DNA of 64,000 nucleotides, from the NCBI GenBank assembly GCA_963754925.1, contig CAVWHX010000007.1, positions 96,001-160,000 on the forward strand, given 5' to 3'. Position 1 is the first letter of the stretch; every line of letters starts with the position of its first letter. This DNA is from an uncultured delta proteobacterium. GTDB lineage: Bacteria; Myxococcota; B64-G9. The position numbers and the translations under genes are program-made. Of this stretch, positions 20,869 through 31,370 are shown piece after piece. The notes below the pieces were generated by a model. That model saw nothing but the letters and a program-made list of their open reading frames with translations. It did no database searches and was not told the origin of the DNA.

Positions 20869-22290
20869 ATGAGGCTATTAGTATTAGCGGTATTTTGTCT
20901 GTCAGCAGCATACTCTCAGTTAGTCATTGCCCAACAAACAGATAAACCGCAGGAACCTTCTCTTGCGCCAATTAAGACGGACAATCAACCACAACCAGTC
21001 CCTGCAACGGCCTCTTCCGTAATACCGGCGAAGACAACCAAACAAGAAACGTCGGTTGCCCCTGTACCTACCCCCAAGAAAACGCAGCCAGCCCGTGCCC
21101 CCGTTGCGGTGAAAAAGGCGTCGACTGTTCAACCGGTTGTTCCCAATTCAAAACCTACCACACCAACGAGTCCACCAAGGACATCGGGACCAGCCACAAA
21201 ACCAGGACCGACAACGTTACCGGCTCCCGGATTGGCGAGCCCAGCCCGGGGGTTTACGCCAAGTGTTCCTAAAGCCAAATACATTTTTTGGCACCTCTCC
21301 CCCTCGGAAGACGCAACCCCGGAAATCACCGCGCAAACGGAAAAAATAACCCGATTGTTCTTTGAACAAAAAGAAGGAAGTCTTCTCATGGACAGCCTTA
21401 CCATGGACTCGTTGCTATTCATCGAAGGCAATGAAAAATTCATGCGGTGCGGGGTAGGCACGGCGTGCTTGATCGGATTGGCCAAGGCGTCGGGAGTGGG
21501 AAAAATCATAGCGGGCGAACTGCGGTATCAAGACGACATTAATAGGTTGGAATTGATACTTATTGACGTCAATAAGAAAACTGTTATCTCGCGCGGCGTG
21601 GTTGAGTTTACGGGTGAGATCCAAAAAAACCAGCTGGAAGAACTCAGACTGGCCATGTTTGAACCGGATCGGTATCGCGGCATGATCAAATTGGCTTGCT
21701 CGGTGGATGGAGCCGAGGTATTCGTGGATGGGATCAAGGTTGGCATAACACCCCTGCCGCTAACGATAGAAAATGTTATAGCCGGCCCCAAAAAGCTTGA
21801 GGTCGCTAAACCTGGATACCGGACGTTTATCGCCGACTTCCACCTTGCTCCGGGAAAAACAAAAGAAGTGGTTGCTTCCCTCCTCAAAGTGGCAGGCCCT
21901 TCGAGGTCTCCTTCGTTTTTCTCGGTTGCCCCCTATTATAAAAGCCCCGTTTTCTGGACCTTGACCGGGGCCGGGGCTGCTGGGCTCGTGGCGGCGATAG
22001 TTCTCAATGTTAATTCCAATAAACTTCTCGATAACGCTAACTACTTAAATGCTAACCACCGGAGCGGCTACCAATCTGAAAAGGATCGAGCCGATAGCCA
22101 GCGGCTTGGCGCTACCATAGCCTATGCGGCTTCGGGATTGATGCTCATCGCGGCCGGGACCATTGCCGCTCTTGATCTGCTCAGGGTGACTTCGGGAAAC
22201 GATCACGACGAAACCGATTTCACAGGAGTTCAAACTCGTATTATTCCCTCGTATGACGGCGCGATGTTAACTGCTACCTGGCGATTCTGA
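20869..22290 (+). CDS. PEGA-domain protein with signal peptide and Pro/Thr-rich linker
   Basis: GAEVFVDGIKVGITPL...LEVAKPGY; C-terminal hydrophobic segments ending in F. Confidence 0.85.
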   Translation: MRLLVLAVFCLSAAYSQLVIAQQTDKPQEPSLAPIKTDNQPQPVPATASSVIPAKTTKQETSVAPVPTPKKTQPARAPVAVKKASTVQPVVPNSKPTTPTSPPRTSGPATKPGPTTLPAPGLASPARGFTPSVPKAKYIFWHLSPSEDATPEITAQTEKITRLFFEQKEGSLLMDSLTMDSLLFIEGNEKFMRCGVGTACLIGLAKASGVGKIIAGELRYQDDINRLELILIDVNKKTVISRGVVEFTGEIQKNQLEELRLAMFEPDRYRGMIKLACSVDGAEVFVDGIKVGITPLPLTIENVIAGPKKLEVAKPGYRTFIADFHLAPGKTKEVVASLLKVAGPSRSPSFFSVAPYYKSPVFWTLTGAGAAGLVAAIVLNVNSNKLLDNANYLNANHRSGYQSEKDRADSQRLGATIAYAASGLMLIAAGTIAALDLLRVTSGNDHDETDFTGVQTRIIPSYDGAMLTATWRF

Positions 22291-22412
22291 AAGACTACGC
22301 GCGCTGGATAGGTTGCCCCCACCCAGATTTTGTTCAACACGTGAATGGTAAGCAATCCTTATACCATCGCACTTCCTAATCTAAAACAAAACTAGTGCAG
22401 CATGGTAACTCT

Positions 22413-25400
22413 TCATGCACTCCCGTTGGCAAGGCGACGCCTTCGGGAGAACCGATCAAGCGCTAGATAGATCACGGGTGTCGTAAAGAGCGTTAAGAGC
22501 TGCGAGAGGAGCAGGCCACCGACAATGGTGATGCCGAGCGGCCGGCGTAGTTCAGAACCCTCGCCAGCACCAAGCGCCAGCGGGAGTCCTCCGAGCAAGG
22601 CCGCCATGGTCGTCATCATGATGGGACGAAAGCGCAGCAGACACGCGCGGTGAATCGCTTCGCGTGCGGTGAGGCTCTCGTCGCGTTCCGCCTCGAGGGC
22701 GAAGTCTATCATCAAGATAGCGTTCTTCTTCACGATGCCGATGAGCAGGATCACCCCGATGAGAGCGATGATGCTGAACTCGATCCTGAACAACATAAGC
22801 GCCAGCAGCGCGCCGACCCCGGCCGTGGGCAGCGTGGACAGTATGGTGACCGGGTGCACGTAGCTTTCGTAGAGCACCCCGAGCACAATGTAGACGGCCA
22901 GAAGCGCGGCCAGCACGAGCCAGGGCTCGCTGCGCAGCGAGTCGACAAACGCCTGCGCCGTGCCCTGGGGCGCGGCGTGTATGCTGGCCGGCAATCCGAT
23001 ATGGGCCTCGGCGCTGTGGACGGTGTCGAGCGCTTGTCCGAGCGAAACGTTCGGGGCGAGGTTGAAGGAGAGGGTGACGGCCGGGAACTGGCCCTGATGA
23101 TTGACCGACAGGAGCGTACTCGATGGGGTGTAACTCGCGATGGCGCTGAGCGGGACCTGAGCGCCTGCCGGGGAGGAGACATAGATGTTACGTAACGCAT
23201 CGGGCTGCTGCTGGAATTCGGGTTTCACTTCCAGCACGACCCGGTACTGATTCAGCTGGGTGAACATGGTCGAGACCTGCCGCTGGCCGAAGGCATCGTA
23301 TAGAGCATTGTCGACGGCCTGGGGTGTGATACCCAGGCGGGCGGCGGTGTCGCGGTCGATATTGACATCGAGCTCGAGCGCCTGGGTTTGCTGATCGGTC
23401 GCCACATCGCGCAGCTGCGGCAGGGATTTCAGCGTCTCCAGCATGCGCGGCGCCCAGTGGTTCAGCTCGTCCAAATTCGCGTCCTGCAGGGTGTACTGAT
23501 ACTGCGTGCGCGTCCCGCGGCCGCCCATGCGCACGTCCTGCACCGACTGAAGAAAGAGAGTGATGCCCGGCACTTGCGCGAGCTTAGGGCGCAGCTCCCC
23601 GATGACCTGGTCCGCGCTCTGGGTGCGCTGCGCCCGCGGTTTGAGTTGGATAAAGGCATTGCCGGTATTAATCGTTCCGAAACCGAGGAACGAGACCGTG
23701 TGCTCGATGGCTGGATTCGACTGCGCCACCTTGTTGATGAGCTCCTGGCGAGCCCGCATAGCGGGGAAGGAGATGTCCTGCGGCGCGTCGGAAATGCCCG
23801 AGATTGACCCGGTATCCTGCTGCGGGAACAACCCCTTCGGAACGATTATATAGAGAAAGACCGTGAGCACTATGCCACCAACGGTGACCGCCTGCATGAG
23901 TGCGTCGTGGTCGAGAACCCAGGAGAGTGATCGATCGTAAGCGTGTACGAAGCCGTCGTAGAATCTGTTCGACGCGGCGAACGCGCGGCCGTGGCGCTGC
24001 TCTCGCGTGGCGCGCAAGAAGCGCGACGCCATCATCGGCGTCAAGGTGAGAGAGATGAACGCCGACACGGCGATGGCTATGCTGAGCGTCACCGCGAATT
24101 CGCGGAAGAGGCGTCCGACGATGCCCCCCATGAGCAGGAGGGGGATGAAGACGGCAAGTAAGGAGGCGGTTATGGAGACAATCGTGAAGCCGATCTGTTT
24201 CGCGCCCTTGATGGCGGCCGCAAACGGTGGTTCGCCCGCCTCGATGAAGCGGGTCACGTTTTCCGTGACCACGATGGCGTCGTCCACCACGAAACCGGTC
24301 GAGATGGTGAGAGCCATGAGGGACAGGTTGTTGATGCTATAATCGAGCAGGTACATCCCCGCGAAGGTTGCCACCAGCGAGAGCGGCACGACCACGCTGG
24401 GGATGAGCGTCGCTCTGGCGTTGCGCAGGAACAGGAAGACAACGGCTACCACGAGTAAAACGCTGAGCATCAGCGTGAACTGCACGTCGTGCACGGAGGC
24501 TCGGATGGTCGTGCTGCGGTCCATGGCGACGCTGACGTTGATGGCCGGCGAGATGGAGCTGGTGAGCTGGGGCAAGATGGCCTTCACGCGCTCGATGACG
24601 TCGATGATGTTCGCGCCCGGCTGGCGCCGGATGATCATGGCGATCGAGGGCCGACCATCGTACCAGCCTGCCGTACGCACGTTCTCGACGCTGTCCTGCA
24701 CGTCGGCGACGTCCCCCAGACGCACCGGCGATCCGTTACGATAGGCCAGGATGAGCGGTCGGAACTCGGCTGCCCGGTAGAGCTGGTCGTTTGCCGCGAG
24801 CGCCTGCGCCTGGCGCGTCCCGCTGACCGCGCCCTTGGGTTGGTCGACCGTGGCCTGCGCGAGCACCGAGCTCACGTCCTCCAGGCCAAGGCCGGCGCCA
24901 GCCAGCGCGTTGGGATCCACTTGGACGCGCACGGCGGGCTGCTGCCCGCCGCCCACAAAGACCTGCCCTACGCCGTCCACCTGCGAGATCTTCTGCGCCA
25001 GAATGGCGTTGGCCGCATCGTAGATCTGCGCGAGCGGGATCGTGTCAGAGGTGAGCGACAGGATCAGGATGGGAGCGTCCGCCGGGTTTACCTTTCGAAA
25101 GTTAGGACGAGTGGGCAGATTCGTCGGCAGGTCGCCGGAGGAGGCGTTGATGGCCGCCTGGACATCGCGCGCCGCGGCGTCGACGTCGCGGTCGAGGTCG
25201 AACTGCAGGGTAATGCTGGTCTGGCCCAACGAGCTTGTGGAGGTAATCTCGGTCATCCCGGCAATGCGGCCGAAGCGGCGCTCGAGTGGGGTAGCGACCG
25301 CGGAAGCCATGGTCTCCGGGCTGGCGCCCGGCAGGGCCGCGTTCACATTGATGGTCGGAAAATCCACCCGCGGCAACGGCGCCACCGGCAGTTGCGTGTA

Positions 25401-25484
25401 AGCGACGGCGCCCGCAAGCAGCAGCGCCGCCGCCAAGAGCGAGGTGGCCACGGGCCGGCGGATGAACGGCTCGGAGATGCTCAC
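22413..25484 (-). CDS. mdtC: RND multidrug efflux permease, MdtC-like
   Basis: GTG start overlapping the mdtB stop; SISEPFIRRPVAT, GFVVDDAIV, GIVKKNAI, RFRPIMMTT motifs. Confidence 0.9.
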   Translation of the reverse strand: MSISEPFIRRPVATSLLAAALLLAGAVAYTQLPVAPLPRVDFPTINVNAALPGASPETMASAVATPLERRFGRIAGMTEITSTSSLGQTSITLQFDLDRDVDAAARDVQAAINASSGDLPTNLPTRPNFRKVNPADAPILILSLTSDTIPLAQIYDAANAILAQKISQVDGVGQVFVGGGQQPAVRVQVDPNALAGAGLGLEDVSSVLAQATVDQPKGAVSGTRQAQALAANDQLYRAAEFRPLILAYRNGSPVRLGDVADVQDSVENVRTAGWYDGRPSIAMIIRRQPGANIIDVIERVKAILPQLTSSISPAINVSVAMDRSTTIRASVHDVQFTLMLSVLLVVAVVFLFLRNARATLIPSVVVPLSLVATFAGMYLLDYSINNLSLMALTISTGFVVDDAIVVTENVTRFIEAGEPPFAAAIKGAKQIGFTIVSITASLLAVFIPLLLMGGIVGRLFREFAVTLSIAIAVSAFISLTLTPMMASRFLRATREQRHGRAFAASNRFYDGFVHAYDRSLSWVLDHDALMQAVTVGGIVLTVFLYIIVPKGLFPQQDTGSISGISDAPQDISFPAMRARQELINKVAQSNPAIEHTVSFLGFGTINTGNAFIQLKPRAQRTQSADQVIGELRPKLAQVPGITLFLQSVQDVRMGGRGTRTQYQYTLQDANLDELNHWAPRMLETLKSLPQLRDVATDQQTQALELDVNIDRDTAARLGITPQAVDNALYDAFGQRQVSTMFTQLNQYRVVLEVKPEFQQQPDALRNIYVSSPAGAQVPLSAIASYTPSSTLLSVNHQGQFPAVTLSFNLAPNVSLGQALDTVHSAEAHIGLPASIHAAPQGTAQAFVDSLRSEPWLVLAALLAVYIVLGVLYESYVHPVTILSTLPTAGVGALLALMLFRIEFSIIALIGVILLIGIVKKNAILMIDFALEAERDESLTAREAIHRACLLRFRPIMMTTMAALLGGLPLALGAGEGSELRRPLGITIVGGLLLSQLLTLFTTPVIYLALDRFSRRRRLANGSA

Positions 25485-28400
25485 GACGCGACCTCGCTGA
25501 CGCTTGGCCGATCCTCCGGCGCGCGCTCGCTGCGGCCAAGCAGGCGCCCGAGCCGCGCCATGTAGAGGTAGATAACCGGCGTCGTATAAAGGGTGAGAAG
25601 CTGCGATATGAGGAGGCCGCCGACGATACTGATCCCCAGCGGCCGGCGCATTTCGGAGCCGGTGCCAGTGCCGAGGGCGAGGGGGATCCCGCCGAACAGG
25701 GCGGCCATGGTGGTCATCATGATTGGGCGGAAGCGCAAAAGGCACGCCTGATATATGGCGTCTCGGGAAGATAGTCCCTGGCCGCGTTCGGCATCAAGCG
25801 CGAAGTCGATCATCATAATGGCGTTCTTCTTCACGATGCCGATGAGGAGAATGATCCCAATTAGGGCGATAATGGTGAACTCGGTATGGCACACCATCAG
25901 GGCGAGGATCGCGCCCACGCCGGCCGACGGCAACGTGGAAAGAATCGTGACGGGGTGGATGTAACTCTCGTACAGCACGCCCAGTACGATGTAGACGACG
26001 ATCAGGGCAGCCAGGATCAGCAGCGGTTCGCTCGCCAGCGCCTCGCGGAAGGCCTGGGCGGCGCCAGAGAAATCGGCGCGCACGCTGGGCGGAAGGCCAA
26101 TCGCTGCGTCGGATCGGTTGATGGCGTCGATTGCTTCGCCCAGCGATACGCCGGGGGCGGTATCGAACGAGATGGTGACGGCCGGGAACTGGCCCTGGTG
26201 ACTGATGGCCAACGGGGCGCTTTTGGTCTCCATTCGGATGAATGCGGCGAGGGGCACCTGATCTCCGGCCGAGGACCGAACGTAGAGGTGGTTGAGCGCA
26301 TCGGGGCTCTTTTGGAACCCGGGCTTGACCTCGAGGATCACTCGATACTGATTGAGCTGCGTGAAGATGGTGGAAACCTGGCGCTGGCCGAAGGCGTCGT
26401 AGAGCACATCGTCGATGGCCTGTGGTTGGATGCCCAGGCGCGCCGCCGTGTCGCGATCGATGGTGAGCAGCAGCTGCAATCCCGCGCTTTGCTGATCGCT
26501 TGCTACATCTCGAAGCTGCGGCAGCGACTGCAGCTTTGCGAGCACCCGCGGGGCCCAGGTCGACAGCTCCGCGAGGTCCGGGTCCTCCAGCGAATACTGG
26601 TACTGAGTGCGGCTGACGCGAATGTCTATCTGCAGGTCCTGCACCGGCTGCATGAAGAGCTGGATACCCTGGACAGAGGCAACCCGCACCTTGAGGCGCT
26701 CGATGATCTCGCTCGCGCTCGCCTCCCGCTCCGAGCGCGGCCTAAGAGAGATAGAAAGTCGGCCGCTATTGGTGGTGGCATTGGTGCCATCCGCGCCGAT
26801 GTACGAGGCGACAGCGGCGACGTCCGGATCGGCCATTACCTCCTCGGCCAGCGCGCGCTGACGCGACATCATGGCGGCGAAGGAGACGTCGGGCGCGGCC
26901 TCGGAAATGCCAAGAATAAGCCCGGTATCCTGCAACGGGAAGAAACCTTTTGGCACGACCACCGCAAGTAGTATCGTCAGCGCGAGGGTTCCCACCGTGA
27001 CCGCCAGCGTGAGGGGCTGGTGGGCTAAGACCCAGCGCAGGCTGCGGTCGTAAACGGTCGTCATGCCGTCGAAAAATCGCTTGAAGGCGAGCGCCAGACG
27101 GTTGGGCTCCTCGTGCTGGCGCAGCAGAAAGGCGCACATCATGGCCGTGAGAGTGAGCGAGAGAAGCGCCGAGACGCCGATGGCGATGGCGAGGGTCATG
27201 GCGAACTCGCGAAAGAGCCGGCCAATGAGGCCTCCCATGAAGAGCAACGGGATCAATACGGCAACCAAAGATACCGTCAGCGATACGATGGTAAAGCCGA
27301 TTTGTTTCGCCCCCTTGAGCGCCGCCTGGAAAGGCGTCTCACCCTGTTCCACGTAACGGGAGATGTTCTCGATCATCACGATCGCATCGTCCACCACGAA
27401 ACCGGTGGAGATGGTGAGCGCCATGAGGGAAAGATTGTTGAGGCTGTAACCGCACAGGTACATGACGCCGAAGGTTCCGATTAACGATAGCGGCACGGCG
27501 ACGCCGGGGATGATGGTCGCGCGAAGGCTGCGCAGGAAGACGTAGATGACCGCCACCACCAGGAAAACGGTCAACAAGAGGGTAAACTGCACGTCATCGA
27601 CCGAAGCCTGCACCGTTTCGGTCCGGTCGCTCAGGATAGTTACCTTCAACCCTTGCGGCAGCGCGGACGAGAGCCGCGGGAGGAGCGCCTTCACCCGTTC
27701 GGCAACCTGGATAACATTGGTGCCTGGCTGGCGTTGAACATTCAGGATGATGGCTCTCTGGTCGCCGGCCCACCCGGCCAATTCGTCATTCTCGACGCCG
27801 TCGATTACGTCGGCCACGTCATTCAGCCGAATGGGCGCGCCGTTGCTGTATGCAAGGATGATGGGTTTGAAGTTACTCGCCTTGTAGAGCTGGTCGTTTG
27901 TGGCTAGGGTGTAGTCCTGTCGCGGTCCATCGAGGTTGCCCTTAGCTTGGTTGACGTTGGCCGCCACGAGCGCCGAGCGCACGTCTTCGAGGCTGAGGCC
28001 CGATCCCGCCAGCGCCGACGGATCCACCTGGACCCGCACCGCCGGTTTCTGGCCGCCGTTGATGGTCACCAGGCCGACGCCGGCCACCTGCGAGATCTTT
28101 TGCGCGATAATGGAGTCCGCGTAATCGTCGACCTGGTCAAGGGGCAGCGAGTCGGAGCTTACCGCTAAGGTAAGAATGGGCGTGTCGGCGGGGTTGCTCT
28201 TGCTGTAGGTGGGCGGTGAGGGAAGGGTGCGCGGTAGGAGGTTCGAGGCGGCGTTGATGGCCGCCTGAACGTCCTGCTCGGCCGCGTCGATGTTGCGCTC
28301 GAGGTTGAATTGCAGCGTGATCTGCGAGCTGCCGAAGCTCGACACCGACGTCATCTGCGATAACGAAGGCATCTGCCCGAACTGGCGTTCGAGCGGCGTG

Positions 28401-28591
28401 GTCACTCCTGATGCCATGGTCTCCGCGCTGGCGCCGGGCAACAAGGTCGAGACGACGATGGTCGGGTAGTCGACTTGCGGCAACGCCGAGACCGCCAATT
28501 CCCGATAGCCGACGAAACCGGCCAGCAGCAACCCGAACGTAAGCAACGTCGTCGCGACCGGACGCCGGATGAAAGGCTCGGAGACGCTCAT
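25481..28591 (-). CDS. mdtB: RND multidrug efflux permease, MdtB-like
   Basis: LERQFGQM, KSNPADTPIL, GFVVDDAIVMIENI motifs; paralog pair following an MFP gene. Confidence 0.9.
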   Translation of the reverse strand: MSVSEPFIRRPVATTLLTFGLLLAGFVGYRELAVSALPQVDYPTIVVSTLLPGASAETMASGVTTPLERQFGQMPSLSQMTSVSSFGSSQITLQFNLERNIDAAEQDVQAAINAASNLLPRTLPSPPTYSKSNPADTPILTLAVSSDSLPLDQVDDYADSIIAQKISQVAGVGLVTINGGQKPAVRVQVDPSALAGSGLSLEDVRSALVAANVNQAKGNLDGPRQDYTLATNDQLYKASNFKPIILAYSNGAPIRLNDVADVIDGVENDELAGWAGDQRAIILNVQRQPGTNVIQVAERVKALLPRLSSALPQGLKVTILSDRTETVQASVDDVQFTLLLTVFLVVAVIYVFLRSLRATIIPGVAVPLSLIGTFGVMYLCGYSLNNLSLMALTISTGFVVDDAIVMIENISRYVEQGETPFQAALKGAKQIGFTIVSLTVSLVAVLIPLLFMGGLIGRLFREFAMTLAIAIGVSALLSLTLTAMMCAFLLRQHEEPNRLALAFKRFFDGMTTVYDRSLRWVLAHQPLTLAVTVGTLALTILLAVVVPKGFFPLQDTGLILGISEAAPDVSFAAMMSRQRALAEEVMADPDVAAVASYIGADGTNATTNSGRLSISLRPRSEREASASEIIERLKVRVASVQGIQLFMQPVQDLQIDIRVSRTQYQYSLEDPDLAELSTWAPRVLAKLQSLPQLRDVASDQQSAGLQLLLTIDRDTAARLGIQPQAIDDVLYDAFGQRQVSTIFTQLNQYRVILEVKPGFQKSPDALNHLYVRSSAGDQVPLAAFIRMETKSAPLAISHQGQFPAVTISFDTAPGVSLGEAIDAINRSDAAIGLPPSVRADFSGAAQAFREALASEPLLILAALIVVYIVLGVLYESYIHPVTILSTLPSAGVGAILALMVCHTEFTIIALIGIILLIGIVKKNAIMMIDFALDAERGQGLSSRDAIYQACLLRFRPIMMTTMAALFGGIPLALGTGTGSEMRRPLGISIVGGLLISQLLTLYTTPVIYLYMARLGRLLGRSERAPEDRPSVSEVAS

Positions 28592-29796
28592 TTCGCGCCG
28601 CCGGCGGGCGCTTGGGGATCCTGGGCAACCTGGGCAGGCCTGTCTTTGCCAGTGCCGGCCTCGCGCGGCGTCACCTTCGCGCCTGGTCGTAGCTGGTTTT
28701 GGCCGTCAGTCACCACGCGCTCGCCGGGTTCCAGGCCGCTCGCCACGATGGCGATGTCGCCTTGGGTGAGGTCGATCTGGACGGGTCGCATCGAGGCGGT
28801 ATTTTCTGCGCCGACCACATACACGAACGAGCCGCTAGGACCGCGTTGGAGAGCCACGGCCGGAATGACCAGCGCATTCTCGCGGGTCGTAAGCAGCAGG
28901 CGCGCGTTGACGAACTGATTGGGCCAAAGCAGGCGTTTCGGGTTCGGAACCACGGCCTTGAGACGAATGGAGGATGTCGCCTGGTTGATTTGGTTGTCGA
29001 TGAGCGTAAGTTGGCCGCTCCCGAGCAACACGGCGCCGTTGCGGCTGTACACCTCGACGGGTAAGGTGCCGGTGTGGGCCAGTTCCTGCGCCACCGGTGT
29101 GAGTTGATCCTGCGGAAGGGTAAAGAGCACCGCTATCGGGTCGAGTTGTGTCACCACCACGATGCCTCCGGGATCGGCGGCGTGTACCACGTTCCCCGGG
29201 TCGACCTGTCGAATTCCCGTCATACCATCGATCGGGGAGGTTATTCGCGCATAGTCGAGGTTAAGGCGCGCCGACCCGATGGCGGCGCGGTCGACCTCAA
29301 CCGTGCCTTCGAGCTGACCAGCGGTGGCGACGTCGGTATCGAGCTGTTGCTGAGCTATCAGCTTATCAGCGACAAGATGACGGTCGCGCTCAACGTTGAG
29401 CCGGGCGTTCTTGAGTTGCGCCTCATCGCGGTCGAGCGCGCCCTGCGCCTGCTGCAGTTGGATCTGATAGGGGCGAGGATCGATCTGCGCCAACACTTCG
29501 CCCCGCCGCACCGATTGCCCCTCGCGAAAGAGCACTTGATCGATGCGGCCGTCAAGCTGTGTCTTGACCGTGACCGTCATGAATGCAGTGACATTTCCCA
29601 GTCCCTCGAGGATGATCGGCACGTTTCCCTGTGAAGCCGTCGCCACCGCCACCGACACCGCGCGCGCCTGCGCGTCAGAACCTTGCGGCGCATGCGTCGA
29701 ACGGCCAGACGATCGGGACCAGACCATCCAACCCACGGTAACCACCGCGACTATTGTCACAACCAGAGCCGTTAGCCACTTTGTTCGTATGGTCAT
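28588..29796 (-). CDS. mdtA: MdtA-like membrane fusion protein
   Basis: GLGNVTA, LAQIDPRPY, IDNQINQAT, LWPNQFVNARL motifs. Confidence 0.9.
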   Translation of the reverse strand: MTIRTKWLTALVVTIVAVVTVGWMVWSRSSGRSTHAPQGSDAQARAVSVAVATASQGNVPIILEGLGNVTAFMTVTVKTQLDGRIDQVLFREGQSVRRGEVLAQIDPRPYQIQLQQAQGALDRDEAQLKNARLNVERDRHLVADKLIAQQQLDTDVATAGQLEGTVEVDRAAIGSARLNLDYARITSPIDGMTGIRQVDPGNVVHAADPGGIVVVTQLDPIAVLFTLPQDQLTPVAQELAHTGTLPVEVYSRNGAVLLGSGQLTLIDNQINQATSSIRLKAVVPNPKRLLWPNQFVNARLLLTTRENALVIPAVALQRGPSGSFVYVVGAENTASMRPVQIDLTQGDIAIVASGLEPGERVVTDGQNQLRPGAKVTPREAGTGKDRPAQVAQDPQAPAGGAK

Positions 29797-30137
29797 CTAT
29801 ATTATCCAATCTCAGGAGTTCGATCCAGCGCTTGCAGGAGCTGCGTACGCGAGATAAAGAGGTTTCCCACGACTAATCTTAGATTAAGCCGCCTCCACTT
29901 CGCTTCCGTAGGATTTAAGCCAAAGCCGAAATCATTGTACAGTTAAAATATTTACGGTAAAAAAATAAAAGGTTATATAACTTTGGGTTCCTTGAAATAA
30001 TGTTCGTATTAACTCCATCCGCTATTCCCTCCCCTACTTTGACCCCATCCCTTGCTTTTGGGTATACAATTACGAAGGTTCTTACCATTGACTCCCTGGC
30101 GGGCTGATGATAATTAATCTCCCCGTCCATTAAAAGG

Positions 30138-31290
30138 TGTGTCTCGCCAAAACTCGTCAATATTGAAATATAAGCACTTTCCGATTTCCCGCACTCTCCT
30201 ACTCCAATCCTAAATCTTGCCATAATTTCCCATTCACCCCACTATTTCGCCATGGCCAAGTTACTCCTCAATCTCATATTCTGGTTTGTCCGAGTTACAT
30301 TACGTTCTCAACACGATCTGATTCTTGAGAACGTTGCTCTCAGGCAACAATTGGCTATCCTCAAATCCAAGCGTAATCGACCTGTTCTTCATAATATTGA
30401 CCGGGTTTTCTGGGTAGCTCTCCAAGAATCATGGATGAAGTGGAAGAATGTTCTTGTCGTGGTCAAGCCCGAAACCGTTGTCCGCTGGCACAAAGAAGGA
30501 TTCCGTCTGTATTGGCGTTGGAAATGTAAATCTGATCGTATAGGTCGAGCACAAATTCTTCACTGTGCCCACCATCACGTTCAGCGTGCTCTATGTGTTC
30601 TTCATCATCATGCATGCGAGACGACAGATCACCCGGTTCGCTGTTACAACCCATCCCTGTTCAGAATGGGTTGTTCAGCAACTCAGAAACGCTTTTCCTT
30701 TCGAGATGGCTCCAAAATATCTGATACTTGACCGAGACAGCAAGTTTGGATTCTCCGTTTTCAACGCGCTCAAAGCAATGAATATAAAGCCGGTAAGAAT
30801 TGCCTGGAAGTCACCTTGGCAAAATGGAGTCGCGGAACGGTGGGTCTTATCGGTACGGCGAGAGCTACTGGATCACGTTGTTGTGTTGAACCAGGTTCAC
30901 TTACACAGGCTTCTTCGAGATTATGTCACTTATTACAATACAGACCGTTGCCATCTTACTCTCGAAAAAGATTCTCCCGACAAGCGGCCGGTAACATCAC
31001 GTCCGTCATCGAATGCACGGGTGATTGCGTTACCAAGAGTCGGTGGACTGCATCACAAATATGAATGGGCAGAGGCCGCTTAGGTTTGGATTGGCTGGTT
31101 ATGACTTAGATAGGTCTTTTTAATTGAATACGTCTATATTCGATCTAATTTTTCTGTTCGTCTCCTCCCAGAAAGCCAGCACGACCAGCTCGTTATTATC
31201 AAGAAGTTTGGATCACGAGATGCTTTTGGGGTTCTGATCTTGCCTTAGAATGCTCGGTTGCCCTCATGGATCAATTTTTGGCGAGGCACA
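30138..31290 (+). mobile_element. Defective IS-like element encoding an rve/integrase-core DDE transposase; likely parent family of the local ~240-bp repeat
   Basis: Terminal inverted repeats TGTGTCTCGCCAAAA (30138) and TTTTGGCGAGGCACA (31290); no flanking duplication seen. Confidence 0.85.
30252..31083 (+). pseudogene. rve-family transposase with internal deletion and frameshift near 30550
   Basis: N-half LENVALRQQL...VKPETVVRWH...YWRWK joined out of frame to FFTVPT...DRD...SPWQNGVAER...GGLHHKY; the HTH segment and first catalytic Asp usually found between them are missing. Confidence 0.85.
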
Positions 31291-31370
31291 GTGATAGATC
31301 GATGCGTGACCCGCTGGCGATGCTGGCTCGAATGGCTCAATGAGAAAGAGAAGACTCACGAAGGTAGTTA

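Noticed and set aside
25485..25745. N-terminal extension of the 1110-aa MdtC ORF
   Set aside because: It overlaps the mdtB 3' end; the homologous start is the GTG at 25484.
22650..29857. Long antisense and alternate-frame ORFs over the RND genes and other GC-rich genes
   Set aside because: Shadow ORFs expected from high-GC codon bias; they overlap well-supported genes.
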